64,000 nt of DNA from Spirochaetia bacterium. GTDB lineage: Bacteria > Spirochaetota > Spirochaetia > UBA9216. Where the stretch lies: positions 1,888,001-1,952,000 of the forward strand of contig CAXXYH010000003.1 in assembly GCA_963677925.2 (NCBI GenBank). The letters run 5' to 3'. Both the position numbers and the translations under genes were made by a program. The notes below the pieces were generated by a model, which ran no database searches, was not told where the DNA came from, and saw nothing but the letters and a program-made list of their open reading frames with translations. Numbering within the stretch: position 1 is the stretch's first letter; every line of letters begins with the position of its first letter. Shown here piece by piece: positions 28,305 through 39,093 of this stretch.

Positions 28305-30179
28305 CTAAAACAGGGTTATACTGTTTGTCCCGGCTTCTTCTATTTCAAATCCGGTAAAATTATCCTTAATAGTTTCGAACTCCTGCGCTACCGTACATTT
28401 CTGAACGATCTTTTCATATATAATATCTTTAAAATGACATTCTTCCAGAGGCAGCAGCCCTCCGACGCCTTCAAGACGCATCTTTACATCCTGAACAATT
28501 GAAGAACTGACCTCCAGGTTTGATTCTATAACATCGTTGAGAGTCCGAAGTTCTTTAAACAGTGATTTGTAGCCGGATATTTCAGAAACAAGCTCATTGG
28601 TTATATCCATCACAGTTTCAAAATGCTCAAGAAAAACATCCTTAGTCTGCTGAAGTGTTCTTGCAGAATCCAGGAAGTTCTCTTCAATCTTACTGTAATG
28701 CGATTCCTGCATTCCAAAGGTTTCCTGCGTATGCTGAAATTTCCCGATAACATCTGCATGGGTGATTGAAATATTCTCAATTATTTCAGCAAGATTACTG
28801 AAGGACTGCTTAAAAAACTTATCATCATGTCCGGTGCCTGCGATAGAAAAATGCAGTCTGTAGCGTGCCTGCTCAATCCTGGAGAGCAGAAGCAGATTTT
28901 TAATTGATTCAATCATCGGCAGAAAAGCTTCGGCCTGATTTTTCTTCAGTTCAATTTTTTTCTCAAGATCCATGAACAGTATCAGAATATTTTTTTTCAT
29001 CGAGACAAGAGAACTGATATCGCCCTTAATATCTTTAAGCATTTGACCGGGAGAATCGAATATATAATTTATAACTGACTTTTTATCGTGAACATTGAGC
29101 TCTGCCTTACCTGCACCTTCTGAAAGAACCAGATCGGAAAACAGATTCTTATCATTACTGACGTCAGAGATAGATTCATGCATCGAAATAAACAGCCGCT
29201 CAAGTCCTCCAACCATTTCTGAAAATTCAGAATTGATTCGGCTTATCTGATGTTCAGTATTTTCAATTAGAAAAATGAGCAGGGTATAAAGACTGCGCGA
29301 TTCTGCGATTTCGCTTTCATCTTGAAGTTCACCATATCGATCAAGCAGTGATGAATTATTATCAAGAATTACCAGTATATCGTTAATATTTTCAACGAGA
29401 TGGGTAAGCTGCTGATGAATGATATCCTGCTTCTGAAGTTCTACCATAATCTGATAGGTGGGTTCCTTTGAACTCTCTATACGGTCAAGCAGATCATTCA
29501 GGATACTTGAAAAATTTCCTATACTGAAATTAGCCTTCTTAAAAATATCTGCAGAACTTTTAGATATGTCTGCAAGGTGTGTATCTGAATAAACTTCCAA
29601 CTCCTCAACTGCTTTCAGAAATGTTTCAATTTCAGACTGTACCTGAGCACCCGCTTCACTGATCTCTTTTGTTCCGGAAGCTATGTGCTCCGACAGCTTA
29701 ATAAACTCCGAAGAAATCATCTGGTACCCTCGTCCGCTTTCTCCGGCCTTTCGGGAGTTTACAATGGAATTAATAGCATAGACCTTGAGGTTTTCTGAAA
29801 TATTAAAGATACTTTCCATTTCCTTTGCCGTATTGTTTGAAATCTCAATTGCCTGCTTAAGATCAGAGAGAGTCTGCTGATCCATCTCGTTCATATTACC
29901 GAGATCTTCAAGAATACTGTCCAGATGAGTACGGAATTTTATTATCTCATTCTTGACACCATAAGTCTGTTCCTGACCTGTCGGAGCAAAAAGAAAATTC
30001 AGAAGCTCTCTGGCTTCAAGAATATTATCTTCTATTCTCCTCTCTATTTCCGGAAGCGACTCAGAAATTTTTATCATTATCTCCTGATATTTATTTATAA
30101 AAATCTGAAGACTGGAAACAAATGGTTCAAGCTGCGTACTGATAGATTTTCCATTTTGTATTGTTTTTTCAATTTTCAT
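28305..30179 (-). CDS. Soluble degenerate MCP-like coiled-coil protein (McpA-like)
   Basis: No TM; degenerate hairpin NLKVYAINSIVNSRKAGESGRGYQMISSEFIKLS; LQKQDIIHQQL; ends SITLF. Confidence 0.7.
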   Translation of the reverse strand: MKIEKTIQNGKSISTQLEPFVSSLQIFINKYQEIMIKISESLPEIERRIEDNILEARELLNFLFAPTGQEQTYGVKNEIIKFRTHLDSILEDLGNMNEMDQQTLSDLKQAIEISNNTAKEMESIFNISENLKVYAINSIVNSRKAGESGRGYQMISSEFIKLSEHIASGTKEISEAGAQVQSEIETFLKAVEELEVYSDTHLADISKSSADIFKKANFSIGNFSSILNDLLDRIESSKEPTYQIMVELQKQDIIHQQLTHLVENINDILVILDNNSSLLDRYGELQDESEIAESRSLYTLLIFLIENTEHQISRINSEFSEMVGGLERLFISMHESISDVSNDKNLFSDLVLSEGAGKAELNVHDKKSVINYIFDSPGQMLKDIKGDISSLVSMKKNILILFMDLEKKIELKKNQAEAFLPMIESIKNLLLLSRIEQARYRLHFSIAGTGHDDKFFKQSFSNLAEIIENISITHADVIGKFQHTQETFGMQESHYSKIEENFLDSARTLQQTKDVFLEHFETVMDITNELVSEISGYKSLFKELRTLNDVIESNLEVSSSIVQDVKMRLEGVGGLLPLEECHFKDIIYEKIVQKCTVAQEFETIKDNFTGFEIEEAGTNSITLF

Positions 30180-30188
30180 AAATTATTT

Positions 30189-30848
30189 TTAATCAAGTTC
30201 CTTAAGCTCAGAAAGTATTTTCTCATCAATAATTTCCTGTATGAAATTTTTTGTCTGAAGTGAAACATCCGTAAATTGAATTGCAAACTTTCCCGGTTCA
30301 GTGCGGCGCACCTCGCCCTCAGCCATGAAATCAAAATTTTGAAATATAATTGTAATCAGCAGTGAATCGCCTGTCTCAGTCCTGTAATCAGATTTTATGA
30401 GACAGCCGCCTGATGAAATTGATAATACAAGCCCCTTATCCTTAGCCTGTTTTTCATGGTCAGTTATTCCGGCTTTTACCGGCCATTCAACACGGTTGAA
30501 TTTACGGTGAGATTCCGGGACGGCTTCAAGACTGCTGAGAAACTCATCAGAGGTTCTGCATCTGAAAGTATTTTTAAACTCAACAGAATCGTCAGAACCG
30601 TCCCCTGTGTAACCCAGAAGAAACACCGGTGTCATTTCATTAAGCAGTCCTATATGACTGATAATTCTACTTAACAGATCATGATGCAGATCACCGGCGA
30701 GCAGCAGATAGGAATCAACCTCAGGATGTTCAAGATGGTAAAGATATGATTCTTCATTGGATCTGAAATAAACAAATTTACGATCAGGAACTGAATCAGG
30801 ATTCAGTGAAATCCTGTTCTCATCGCCGATAACTATCGTAACTCTCAT
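30189..30848 (-). CDS. PilZ-domain protein
   Basis: HRKFNRV (RxxxR), SISSGGCL, GEVRR, FAIQF. Confidence 0.8.
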   Translation of the reverse strand: MRVTIVIGDENRISLNPDSVPDRKFVYFRSNEESYLYHLEHPEVDSYLLLAGDLHHDLLSRIISHIGLLNEMTPVFLLGYTGDGSDDSVEFKNTFRCRTSDEFLSSLEAVPESHRKFNRVEWPVKAGITDHEKQAKDKGLVLSISSGGCLIKSDYRTETGDSLLITIIFQNFDFMAEGEVRRTEPGKFAIQFTDVSLQTKNFIQEIIDEKILSELKELD

Positions 30849-31447
30849 TATGCCTTCCCTGCAGTTTCAATTACACTGATTTCTTTCTCAGTGAAAAAAT
30901 TATCAAGACTGATCAGAATTACCATTCTCTGACCAATCTGCCCAATTCTATCTACAAAACTAACATCGATATTCCCGTTAAAATCCGGTGTCTCACGCTG
31001 ATCCTCGGCTGTAATGCTTACAACATCAGAAACAGCATCTACAATCAAGCCGACAGTCTTTGTCTGCCCGGTTCCAATCTGAACAATAATTACAATCGTG
31101 TCCTCACCAAGCTCTTCAAGGGTGAGCCTGAATTTACTGCGGAGTATATAAAGCGGAATAATATTCCCTCTGAGGTTTATAATCCCCGGAATATATTCCG
31201 GAATACCCGGAATACGGGTCAGATTGGGAAGTGAAATAATTTCCTGTACAGAAAGGATGGGGATTCCATATTCTTCCTCACCTACCGAGAAAACAACATA
31301 CTGGTTAGTCACATCCATATTAAGCTGACTTACAAGCATATCCTCATCTTCATTGTCCATGTCCTGATAGATTTCCGAGAACTTCTGATCTGCTGTCATT
31401 TCTTTAGTTTTCTCCACTTCTTTATATTCAGACTCTTTAGAACTCAT
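30848..31447 (-). CDS. cheW: Chemotaxis adaptor
   Basis: [43 protein letters not shown]; ATG 31447 after GGGGAG. Confidence 0.95.
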   Translation of the reverse strand: MSSKESEYKEVEKTKEMTADQKFSEIYQDMDNEDEDMLVSQLNMDVTNQYVVFSVGEEEYGIPILSVQEIISLPNLTRIPGIPEYIPGIINLRGNIIPLYILRSKFRLTLEELGEDTIVIIVQIGTGQTKTVGLIVDAVSDVVSITAEDQRETPDFNGNIDVSFVDRIGQIGQRMVILISLDNFFTEKEISVIETAGKA

Positions 31448-33488
31448 CAAACTCCCCTTCATTTGCAAGCTCGGAGAAGGTCTCATAAGGACCGAACTCT
31501 TCATCTGCGGAAGCTTTCTTTTCAGGTTTCGGAAGCTGGGGTTTTGAGCTCTTTTCCTTTTTATCCTTCTTGTCCGAAAGGGTAATTCCGGTAGTCAGCT
31601 GCGGTTTCTGTTTTTTTCGACCGACCATATCGAGCCTGAAAAACTGCATTGTAGTGTTAAGTTCCTGAGCCTGTCCCGAGAGTTCCTCAGTGGCAGATGC
31701 GGCCTCTTCAACCATGGCAGCATTCTTCTGGGTGTTCTCGTCAAGACTGGCAAGAGTCTTGTCGATCTGGTCAACACTGGAAAGCTGCTCCTGTGAAGCT
31801 GCCGATATTTCAGCAACGAGTGCCGTTACCTTTCTGATTGAGGCATTGATTTCCTCAAGCATGCTGCCGGCACTGTTTGCAACATCCACACCTTCTTCAA
31901 CCTTACGGCCGCTTTCTTTTATTATATCCGCAATTTCCCTGGCTGCACGGTCGGACCGCTTGGCAAGCTTTCTGACTTCAACAGCTACTACTGCAAAGCC
32001 CTTACCCTGCTCTCCTGCGCGGGCAGCCTCGATTGAAGCATTGAGTGCCAGCAGGTTGGTCTGAAATGCGATATTGTTAATAACCTCTATAATATCCGCT
32101 ATACGGGTGCTTGATTCATTGATTTCATTCATGGCGACAACCATTTCACGGACAGCTTCTGAACCTTCCTCAGCCCGAGTAGCAGCATCGCGTGCCAGTT
32201 TATCGGCCGAGATTGTGTTGTCGGCATTTGATTTCACTGAAGCATTCATTTCCTCAATAGCAGAAGAAGTTTCCTCCAGAGCGGAGGCCTGCTGCTCGGT
32301 ACGGTTCGAAAGGTCCTGGTTACCGGAGGCCAGCTGTTCACTTGCTGAAGCAATCTGTTCAGAACCGGCAAGAACCGTTGATACGATTTCTGCCAGTTTC
32401 TCTTTCATTACAAGCATGGAGTTAAAAACCCCTACGCTGTTTTCAGATGATTGCCCTTCTCTGGAGGTAAGGTCTCCCTTTGAAATGGTTTCTGAAAGAA
32501 CCATCAGCTCTGCAGGATCAGAACCCAGCTGTTTAAGAACAGACGAAACTGTGATAAATGCTATAAGAATTCCCGCAGCTATTGCAACAGCCAGAATTAT
32601 TATAATGATTATCATGGCACGGTTATTTGAAGCCTGGAGTCTCGGCCCGAGTTCATCCTGATCGGCCTTAACAGAGAGGGTTACATCATCAAGCCAGCCG
32701 GCAATTTCCGGTCCAAGGACATCAAGATGATTTGTTATAAGATCATTTCTTTCTCTTATAGCGTTAACTACAAGAGTGAAATTTTCAAGATAGATTTCCC
32801 TCTCTGATATTACATCCTGCATGTGACTTCTTCTTTCCGCATTCTCAAGAGCTGCATCAAGCAGGCTTAGGTTCTCATTCATTTTGGAAATTTCAAGGTT
32901 AACCCGGTCAACATTTGAATCTGCATTATCATCAAGGAACTTAACAACGTAGAGTCTGGCAAGAAGCAGATTCCGCATCACAAGAGAAGAATAGAAGGCA
33001 GCGGTTGCATCACCATCCTCCTCAGCTGAAATAAGAATATCGGTCAGGCTCTGTTCCATTTCCGGTCCCAGAACATCAAGATAATTGTCTACATGCTCAT
33101 TTCGTACGGCCTGAAATTTCTGGACTTCCTCAAAACTTGATTCATACTCGGTAACATTATCCTGGACCTGCTTTATAAGCTTGGCCCGTTCCGGATGCTG
33201 AATTTCTTCAGAAGCCCGGTCCAGATAGTCAGACATTTCGACAAGGTAGCTATTGTACTCCTGAACATCCTTTTCAAGCCCTGATATGATAAAGTCTTTC
33301 ACATTCATCCGGACCATGAGCATATTTGTCTCAAGTCTGCTGGCAAGGTTGGTATCCCTGGCCAGAGCCCGGTACTCTGTAAACCCGCGTGAAGCGGTTC
33401 CGAACTGAAGGATGGCAATTACTCCGACTACGATGACAAGGAGCAGAAGAACTCCGAATCCCAGCGATATTTTAGTTCTCAGTTTCAT
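31437..33488 (-). CDS. Methyl-accepting chemotaxis protein with large helical (HBM-like) periplasmic sensor, Tsr/Tar-length signalling domain, C-terminal EFDEF
   Basis: 2 TM; [15 protein letters not shown]; [30 protein letters not shown]. Confidence 0.95.
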   Translation of the reverse strand: MKLRTKISLGFGVLLLLVIVVGVIAILQFGTASRGFTEYRALARDTNLASRLETNMLMVRMNVKDFIISGLEKDVQEYNSYLVEMSDYLDRASEEIQHPERAKLIKQVQDNVTEYESSFEEVQKFQAVRNEHVDNYLDVLGPEMEQSLTDILISAEEDGDATAAFYSSLVMRNLLLARLYVVKFLDDNADSNVDRVNLEISKMNENLSLLDAALENAERRSHMQDVISEREIYLENFTLVVNAIRERNDLITNHLDVLGPEIAGWLDDVTLSVKADQDELGPRLQASNNRAMIIIIIILAVAIAAGILIAFITVSSVLKQLGSDPAELMVLSETISKGDLTSREGQSSENSVGVFNSMLVMKEKLAEIVSTVLAGSEQIASASEQLASGNQDLSNRTEQQASALEETSSAIEEMNASVKSNADNTISADKLARDAATRAEEGSEAVREMVVAMNEINESSTRIADIIEVINNIAFQTNLLALNASIEAARAGEQGKGFAVVAVEVRKLAKRSDRAAREIADIIKESGRKVEEGVDVANSAGSMLEEINASIRKVTALVAEISAASQEQLSSVDQIDKTLASLDENTQKNAAMVEEAASATEELSGQAQELNTTMQFFRLDMVGRKKQKPQLTTGITLSDKKDKKEKSSKPQLPKPEKKASADEEFGPYETFSELANEGEFDEF

Positions 33489-33571
33489 AAAGCCCTCTCT
33501 ATTTTGCAATTGAAATCAGCAAAAACATAAACAAACTGCAGATAAGTTTTTTATACTTAAACCTTTATTAA

Positions 33572-33600
33572 ATTATAGAAAATGGAATTTGCCAAATCAA
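33572..33600 (-). promoter_or_regulatory. sigma70-type promoter of the che operon
   Basis: Minus strand TTGATT-N17-TATAAT. Confidence 0.6.
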
Positions 33601-33625
33601 ACCCCATTCCGCCTTTTAGCAAAAA

Positions 33626-35263
33626 TTAAATAAATTTTACGCTTTTTGTGTCTTTTTTTCTTTTAAGAGTCACCGAGCTTCCTGAGTCACTGTAATCCAC
33701 ACTGTCATAAAACATTGTTGTCACGGCAATTCCCCGTCCGTGAGTATACTCCTCCGGATTATCAGTCTCATAAATTTCCAGAATATTCGCTACAGGGTCC
33801 CGTACTCCAGCCGGCTCAAAACCCTCCCCCATATCCGTAACTGTAAACTTCACTTCTTCACAATTGATTTCAGCACTGACAGTTACACTCTTCAGCCTAT
33901 CTTCCCTGTTTCCATGGTAATACGCGTTCAGACACATTTCATCCAGTCCGATACACATTTTCCGAATCTCATCTGTTGAATATCCTGTTTTAATAAGCAT
34001 TTCATCAATCTCCGAAAGTACAGATTTCAAACCGTCCAGTTCTGAAAAGAAAAAGTCCTTACTAAAGGCTCCTGCGAAATCTATCTGAATTATTGTTGTG
34101 TCGTCTTCAAGTGGAAGCCTGCCTGCTGCTTCTCCAAGTTTTTTAATTAGTTCCTCAAAATCAGGCTCAGGTCCGCCTGGAATATTTTTGAGCAGCCGGG
34201 TAAACATTTCAATCCCCGCTATACCATCATTTTCGGCGTTAAACTCAAATACTGCATCAGAAAATAGTAAAAGCCTATCATTTTTCTCAAGTTCAAGCCG
34301 GCAGGTTTCATATTCAGTGGAAACATCATATCCGAGGTGCATCCCGGCGGCTCTTGGAATTGAACTGATCACTCCTGCCCTGATCAAGACAGGAAGGACT
34401 CCGTTTGCGCTTGAATAAGTTAGAACCATACTGCTGAGATCAAGTATGCAGACTAGCATCGTAGGGAAATGATCTTCATCCGTGATCCTGATGACACTCC
34501 TGTTTACCTGAGAAAGAAATGCTCCTGTATCTCCGCTATCGAAAAGGAGAGACATCTTGGCCTGAACCACACTTGTAAGAAAAGAGGCTTCGAGAGAAGA
34601 CTGAATTCCATGACCGGTACAGTCACCCAAAACAAGAACTAGTTTTTCACTGCAGAAGCCTCGGTTTATTGAAAAGAAATCCCCTCCCAGATCTTCACAG
34701 GGCATATAAAGGGCCTGAATACTGAAATCCCTAAAAAACGGAAGCTCTCTCTGGATAAGAGAATCCTGCAGAATTCTGGCTTTTTGAATATAAGTTTTCT
34801 GCTCATCAATCTTATCCTGCAGTGCTATATTCAAATTTTCAAGAACTTCATTCTGAGACTGAATCTGTTTTCTTACCTGCTGGAGTTCCACATGTGTTTT
34901 TATCCTGGCTAACAGTTCGGTCATATTGAAGGGCTTTGTAAGATAGTCCACTGCGCCCAGATTAAAACCCTTCACTATATCCTCAGAATCTGAAAGCGCC
35001 GTTAAAAAAACAACCGGTATATCCTGTGTAAGCGGGTCTTTTTTCAGCTCGACAATCGTCTCATAACCATCCATTACCGGCATCATAATATCAAGCAGAA
35101 TAATATCAGGATAAGGTTTTATCCTGCAGCGTTTAAGACATTCTTCACCGTTTCTTGCAACCCTCAGGTTATACGTATCCTTCAGCATTGCAACGATTAT
35201 TTCTGTATTTATCTTATTATCATCAACAATAAGTACTGTAGCCTGAAAATTATTATACACCAT
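33626..35263 (-). CDS. HsbR-like fusion: receiver + PP2C (SpoIIE) phosphatase + RsbW-type Ser kinase
   Basis: LLDIMMPVMDG; LGGDFF, GDCTGHG, FSDAV, EDDTT; DEMCLNAYYHGN, DMGEGF, HGRGI. Confidence 0.9.
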   Translation of the reverse strand: MVYNNFQATVLIVDDNKINTEIIVAMLKDTYNLRVARNGEECLKRCRIKPYPDIILLDIMMPVMDGYETIVELKKDPLTQDIPVVFLTALSDSEDIVKGFNLGAVDYLTKPFNMTELLARIKTHVELQQVRKQIQSQNEVLENLNIALQDKIDEQKTYIQKARILQDSLIQRELPFFRDFSIQALYMPCEDLGGDFFSINRGFCSEKLVLVLGDCTGHGIQSSLEASFLTSVVQAKMSLLFDSGDTGAFLSQVNRSVIRITDEDHFPTMLVCILDLSSMVLTYSSANGVLPVLIRAGVISSIPRAAGMHLGYDVSTEYETCRLELEKNDRLLLFSDAVFEFNAENDGIAGIEMFTRLLKNIPGGPEPDFEELIKKLGEAAGRLPLEDDTTIIQIDFAGAFSKDFFFSELDGLKSVLSEIDEMLIKTGYSTDEIRKMCIGLDEMCLNAYYHGNREDRLKSVTVSAEINCEEVKFTVTDMGEGFEPAGVRDPVANILEIYETDNPEEYTHGRGIAVTTMFYDSVDYSDSGSSVTLKRKKDTKSVKFI

Positions 35264-37613
35264 CCTCTTTACCTTCACTTTTTTCAATCATCGGTTTCAT
35301 ACTGCCTATAAATTCGGCGAGAGCTTTTTCATCAATATGCTCCCATATCCGTCTTAGATCCTCTGAAATTCTGCTGACAACACCGGAATCAGATATTAAA
35401 GATATCTTTTCAGATACGGAAAGAAGCCCGTCTATATCATTGGAACTAAAGACATTTTCAAGATTTAAAAGCTCTTTAGAAAGCCGGTCAAACTCATCAG
35501 GAGAAAGCCCGCTGAGATCATATCTGCCGAAGTTTTCATTTGCCGGCATGCCTTCACCAAGATGTCCTGTAATCACTTCCAAAAGCTGCCTTCTGTCCAG
35601 CGGTTTGGACATATACAGATCAAAACCCATATCAAGATATTTTTCTTCAGATCCGGCCATAGCATCACCGGTAATAATTATTGTAAAAGGAGCCTTCTCC
35701 CTGTTCTGATGAATGGTATTAATAAAATGCATATGATCCTGAAAAGCCCTGCTGAAATCAAGAATTATTATGCTGTATTGACCTTCATGATAGAGTTTCT
35801 GAAACTCAGAGGCTTCCAGGGTATAATTTGCCTGAATTCCTGAGGATTCAAGAATTTTCTGGATCAGCAGACTGTCTACCTTCTCATCAAAAAATACAAG
35901 AATCTCAGGATTCTTCTGCTCAGTTTTAATGCTGCCGTTCACGAACGCATCTGTTTCATCCTCATTTTCATCCAAAGGAATTACAGCAAGCGGTTCCTCC
36001 TCTGCATGCCCGGAAACCGGCAGAAGAGGTATATTCACCCTGAAAATGGAACCCTTACCCGGAGTACTTTCAACATCAATCGAACCATCCATCAGATCGA
36101 CCAGTCTTCTGGAGATAGTCAGGCCCAGGCCTGTACCTTCGTATTTCCTCTTAGTACCGATATTACCCTGGGCAAAGGCATCAAAAATCTTCGTACGAAC
36201 ATCATCTGTAATACCTATTCCAGAATCCGCGACCTCAAGCTGCAGAACTCCGTTCTCATAGGCTGCCGAAGTTCTGATAAAACCTGAATCGGTAAATTTG
36301 ACCGCATTTCCGATCAGGTTGGTAAGAACCTGCTTTATTTGTACTTCCCCGCCTATCAAAAGATCTGGGGTACCGGTAGATTCAATGAATTCCAGTTCTA
36401 TATCCTTTTCCGCGGTCAGTACACTGAACTGCCTTTCAAGTTCCTCAAAAAGAGTTAAAACGGAGAATTCCCGGTATTCGATTGTGACCTTATCAGCTTC
36501 AATTTTGGAAAGATCCAGAATTTCACTTATAAGGCCAAGCAGATCCGTACCTGATTTTTTCATCAGCTTCAGCATCTCGTTTTTTTCAGGATCTTTTTCC
36601 TGAGACATAAGGATGTCGTTAAATCCCAGAATAGCATTAAGAGGGGTTCTAATTTCATGTGACATGTTGGCAAGAAACTCACTTTTTAGCGCGTTTGCTT
36701 TCTCAGCCTCTTCTTTTGCCAGACGCAGCTCCTGCTCAAACTGCTTTCTTTTTGTAATATCCTCTTTAAGAGCTATAAATGCAGTTATTTCATTTTCATC
36801 ATTGCAGATGGGAGTGATAATTGCTTCTTCCCAGTAATGTTCACCATTTTTTTTCCTGTTCAGGAAGGTTCCGGTCCAGTCATGCCCTGTGCTGATGGTC
36901 TGCCAGAGCTGGCTGTAGAACTCTGCATCATGGAAGCCGCTGCTGAATATCCTCGGGTTTTTTCCGAATACTTCAAGACGGGAGAAGCCGGTAATTTCTT
37001 CGAAAGCTTTATTGGCGTAGGTTATGTTCCCTTCTTCATCTGTGGTCACTACCGATACGGCGCTCTGCTCTATGGCAGTCAGCAGTCTGCGGATCTCCTG
37101 TTCATTTACCTTCTGATCGGTTATATCCACACCGAAAAACAAAAGATTTCCAGTATGCGGCTCAATACTTTTAGTAAAAAGAACCGTCGAACCGAAACTC
37201 CGGTATTCAAACTTTTCCGGAACAAACAGTCTTGATTTTGCAATATTATTCCTAACCCAAATGCCCACGAAAAGCTTTGCTTTTCTTTCAGGAAGGTCTT
37301 CAATTCCGAAAAACTGCTTTGCTTTGCCGTTTATTTGAAGGACTTTAAGCTCTTTACCTAGGATGAACTCAATATACGGGTTCATCTTCCTGAACAGTCT
37401 CAGTTCAATGAGCCTTATCCGCAGCTGAGCGACAAGAAGGCTGACTCCGGCTATAACCACGCTTTGAATAAGAAATTCTAATTTATGAAAATCTTCAAAA
37501 CTGTGATGTCTGAACCAGAAAAGATTTACAAGAACTGTTTCAAAGACAAGGAAGTAGAGGAGCATATACAATACAGTCTGTTTCCGATAATCGAAAAATG
37601 ATTTTTTTATCAA
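35253..37613 (-). CDS. Membrane hybrid sensor histidine kinase (PAS-HisKA-HATPase-atypical REC)
   Basis: 2 N-terminal TM; PAS (GKNPRIFSSG); FLANMSHEIRTPLN; NAVKFT; GTGLGL; degenerate REC (ILDFS...MSKP). Confidence 0.92.
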   Translation of the reverse strand: MIKKSFFDYRKQTVLYMLLYFLVFETVLVNLFWFRHHSFEDFHKLEFLIQSVVIAGVSLLVAQLRIRLIELRLFRKMNPYIEFILGKELKVLQINGKAKQFFGIEDLPERKAKLFVGIWVRNNIAKSRLFVPEKFEYRSFGSTVLFTKSIEPHTGNLLFFGVDITDQKVNEQEIRRLLTAIEQSAVSVVTTDEEGNITYANKAFEEITGFSRLEVFGKNPRIFSSGFHDAEFYSQLWQTISTGHDWTGTFLNRKKNGEHYWEEAIITPICNDENEITAFIALKEDITKRKQFEQELRLAKEEAEKANALKSEFLANMSHEIRTPLNAILGFNDILMSQEKDPEKNEMLKLMKKSGTDLLGLISEILDLSKIEADKVTIEYREFSVLTLFEELERQFSVLTAEKDIELEFIESTGTPDLLIGGEVQIKQVLTNLIGNAVKFTDSGFIRTSAAYENGVLQLEVADSGIGITDDVRTKIFDAFAQGNIGTKRKYEGTGLGLTISRRLVDLMDGSIDVESTPGKGSIFRVNIPLLPVSGHAEEEPLAVIPLDENEDETDAFVNGSIKTEQKNPEILVFFDEKVDSLLIQKILESSGIQANYTLEASEFQKLYHEGQYSIIILDFSRAFQDHMHFINTIHQNREKAPFTIIITGDAMAGSEEKYLDMGFDLYMSKPLDRRQLLEVITGHLGEGMPANENFGRYDLSGLSPDEFDRLSKELLNLENVFSSNDIDGLLSVSEKISLISDSGVVSRISEDLRRIWEHIDEKALAEFIGSMKPMIEKSEGKEDGV

Positions 37614-37753
37614 GTAATGACCCCGAGCCTCACCGAATATGTTCTATCTTATATTCTAGTTTTTTATTATTGAAAGTCAAATACTTTTATTTTCCCTTGC
37701 CCGAATCATGATATAGGCATATCCTGTTATAAACAGATCTTAAGGTGGTTTTT

Positions 37754-39016
37754 ATGTATAAATGCAGTCTTGAAAGAATGACAGACAAAATTACAACTTT
37801 CAGTAAATTCGGGGATGCCGGTCACGGCGGAATCACACGATATACCCTGTCTCCCGAAGATACCCTTGCAAGAAATGAGTTCAAAAAACGAATGGAAGCA
37901 ATAGGTGCTGTTATAGAGGTTGATGATGTTGCCAATATGTATGCGACACTTCCGGGAAGCGATCCGGACGCAAAACGTATTGTAATGGGCTCTCACACAG
38001 ATTCTGTAAAGAACGGCGGAAATTACGACGGTATTCTCGGAGTACTGTCGGCAATGGAAGTTCTTGAAGCCGTTGCTGAGCAGAATATACCTCACAAACA
38101 CCCGCTTACCGCAATGATTTGGACTAATGAAGAGGGTTCACTTTATCCGCCTGCAATGATGGTTTCAGGAATAGTCTGCTACGATTACCTTCCCGATGCA
38201 ATTAAAGGCAAGTTTAAGTATGAAGATATGATGAAGTCAAAGAGCGTCCTGGACGGCGAAGACACATTCGGCGCTGCACTCGATCGATCCGGTTTCAAAG
38301 GTGACAAAAAATACCGTCTCAATAAGGACGACTATAAATGCATGTTCGAAATCCATATTGAGCAGGGACCAATCCTTGAGGATGCAGGAAAAGATGTCGG
38401 TATAGTTGACTGTGTACTTGGAATGTTCAACTACCGCTTCAGGTTCTATGGACAGACTGTACATGCGGGAACATTCCCGATGCCCAAGAGAAAAGATGCA
38501 CTATTTGCCGCTTCACAGACTATCATGCACCTGCATGAAGAGATAGACAAACTCGGATACCCCGAACTTGTTTACACAACCGGTGAAATAGTGCTTCATC
38601 CGAACGTACACACCTGTGTTCCCGATTACGTGGATTTCTGTATAGATGTGAGACATGAGAAACCGGAAGTTCTTGATCAGGTTCTGGCCATAGTCAAGGG
38701 CTGTGCGGATAAGGAATGGGCAGGCTGCCGCTGCGAAGTTGAAAAAATGTGGAACCGCGACACCGTATACTGGGACAAGACTCTTTTCGGATACGCAAAA
38801 GAAGCAGCAGAGGAAGCAGGTTCTTCACACATGGTTCTGCATTCAGGTGCAGGTCATGATGCACAGTTTGCCTCTTACATGATGCCTACAACAATGATTT
38901 TTGTTCAGTCAAAAGACGGCCTTTCTCACTGTGAGCCGGAATATTCAACACCGGAGCACTGTACCGAGGGAGCAACTGTTCTGCTTAACACCGTACTCAA
39001 GGTAGATGCAGAATAG
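37754..39016 (+). CDS. M20 Zn-dependent hydrolase (N-carbamoyl-amino-acid/allantoate amidohydrolase family)
   Basis: GSHTDSVKNGGNYDG, WTNEEG, EIHIEQGPILE, HAGT, SGAGHDAQ, SHCEPE. Confidence 0.92.
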   Translation: MYKCSLERMTDKITTFSKFGDAGHGGITRYTLSPEDTLARNEFKKRMEAIGAVIEVDDVANMYATLPGSDPDAKRIVMGSHTDSVKNGGNYDGILGVLSAMEVLEAVAEQNIPHKHPLTAMIWTNEEGSLYPPAMMVSGIVCYDYLPDAIKGKFKYEDMMKSKSVLDGEDTFGAALDRSGFKGDKKYRLNKDDYKCMFEIHIEQGPILEDAGKDVGIVDCVLGMFNYRFRFYGQTVHAGTFPMPKRKDALFAASQTIMHLHEEIDKLGYPELVYTTGEIVLHPNVHTCVPDYVDFCIDVRHEKPEVLDQVLAIVKGCADKEWAGCRCEVEKMWNRDTVYWDKTLFGYAKEAAEEAGSSHMVLHSGAGHDAQFASYMMPTTMIFVQSKDGLSHCEPEYSTPEHCTEGATVLLNTVLKVDAE

Positions 39017-39034
39017 TTTTAAATCCTGACGGAT

Positions 39035-39073
39035 AAAAAAGGGCTCCCGGTATTGCCGGTGAGCCCTTTTTTT
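39035..39073. terminator. Bidirectional intrinsic terminator
   Basis: AAAAAAGGGCTCCCGG-loop-CCGGTGAGCCCTTTTTTT between convergent genes. Confidence 0.85.
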
Positions 39074-39093
39074 ATTACTTGAGTTTCTACCCG

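Noticed and set aside
32074-32661. 195-aa plus-strand ORF and similar ORFs at 31690, 42635, 46631 and 49308
   Set aside because: Antisense shadows of MCP coiled-coil coding sequence; Ser/Ala/Ile-rich, no RBS or motifs
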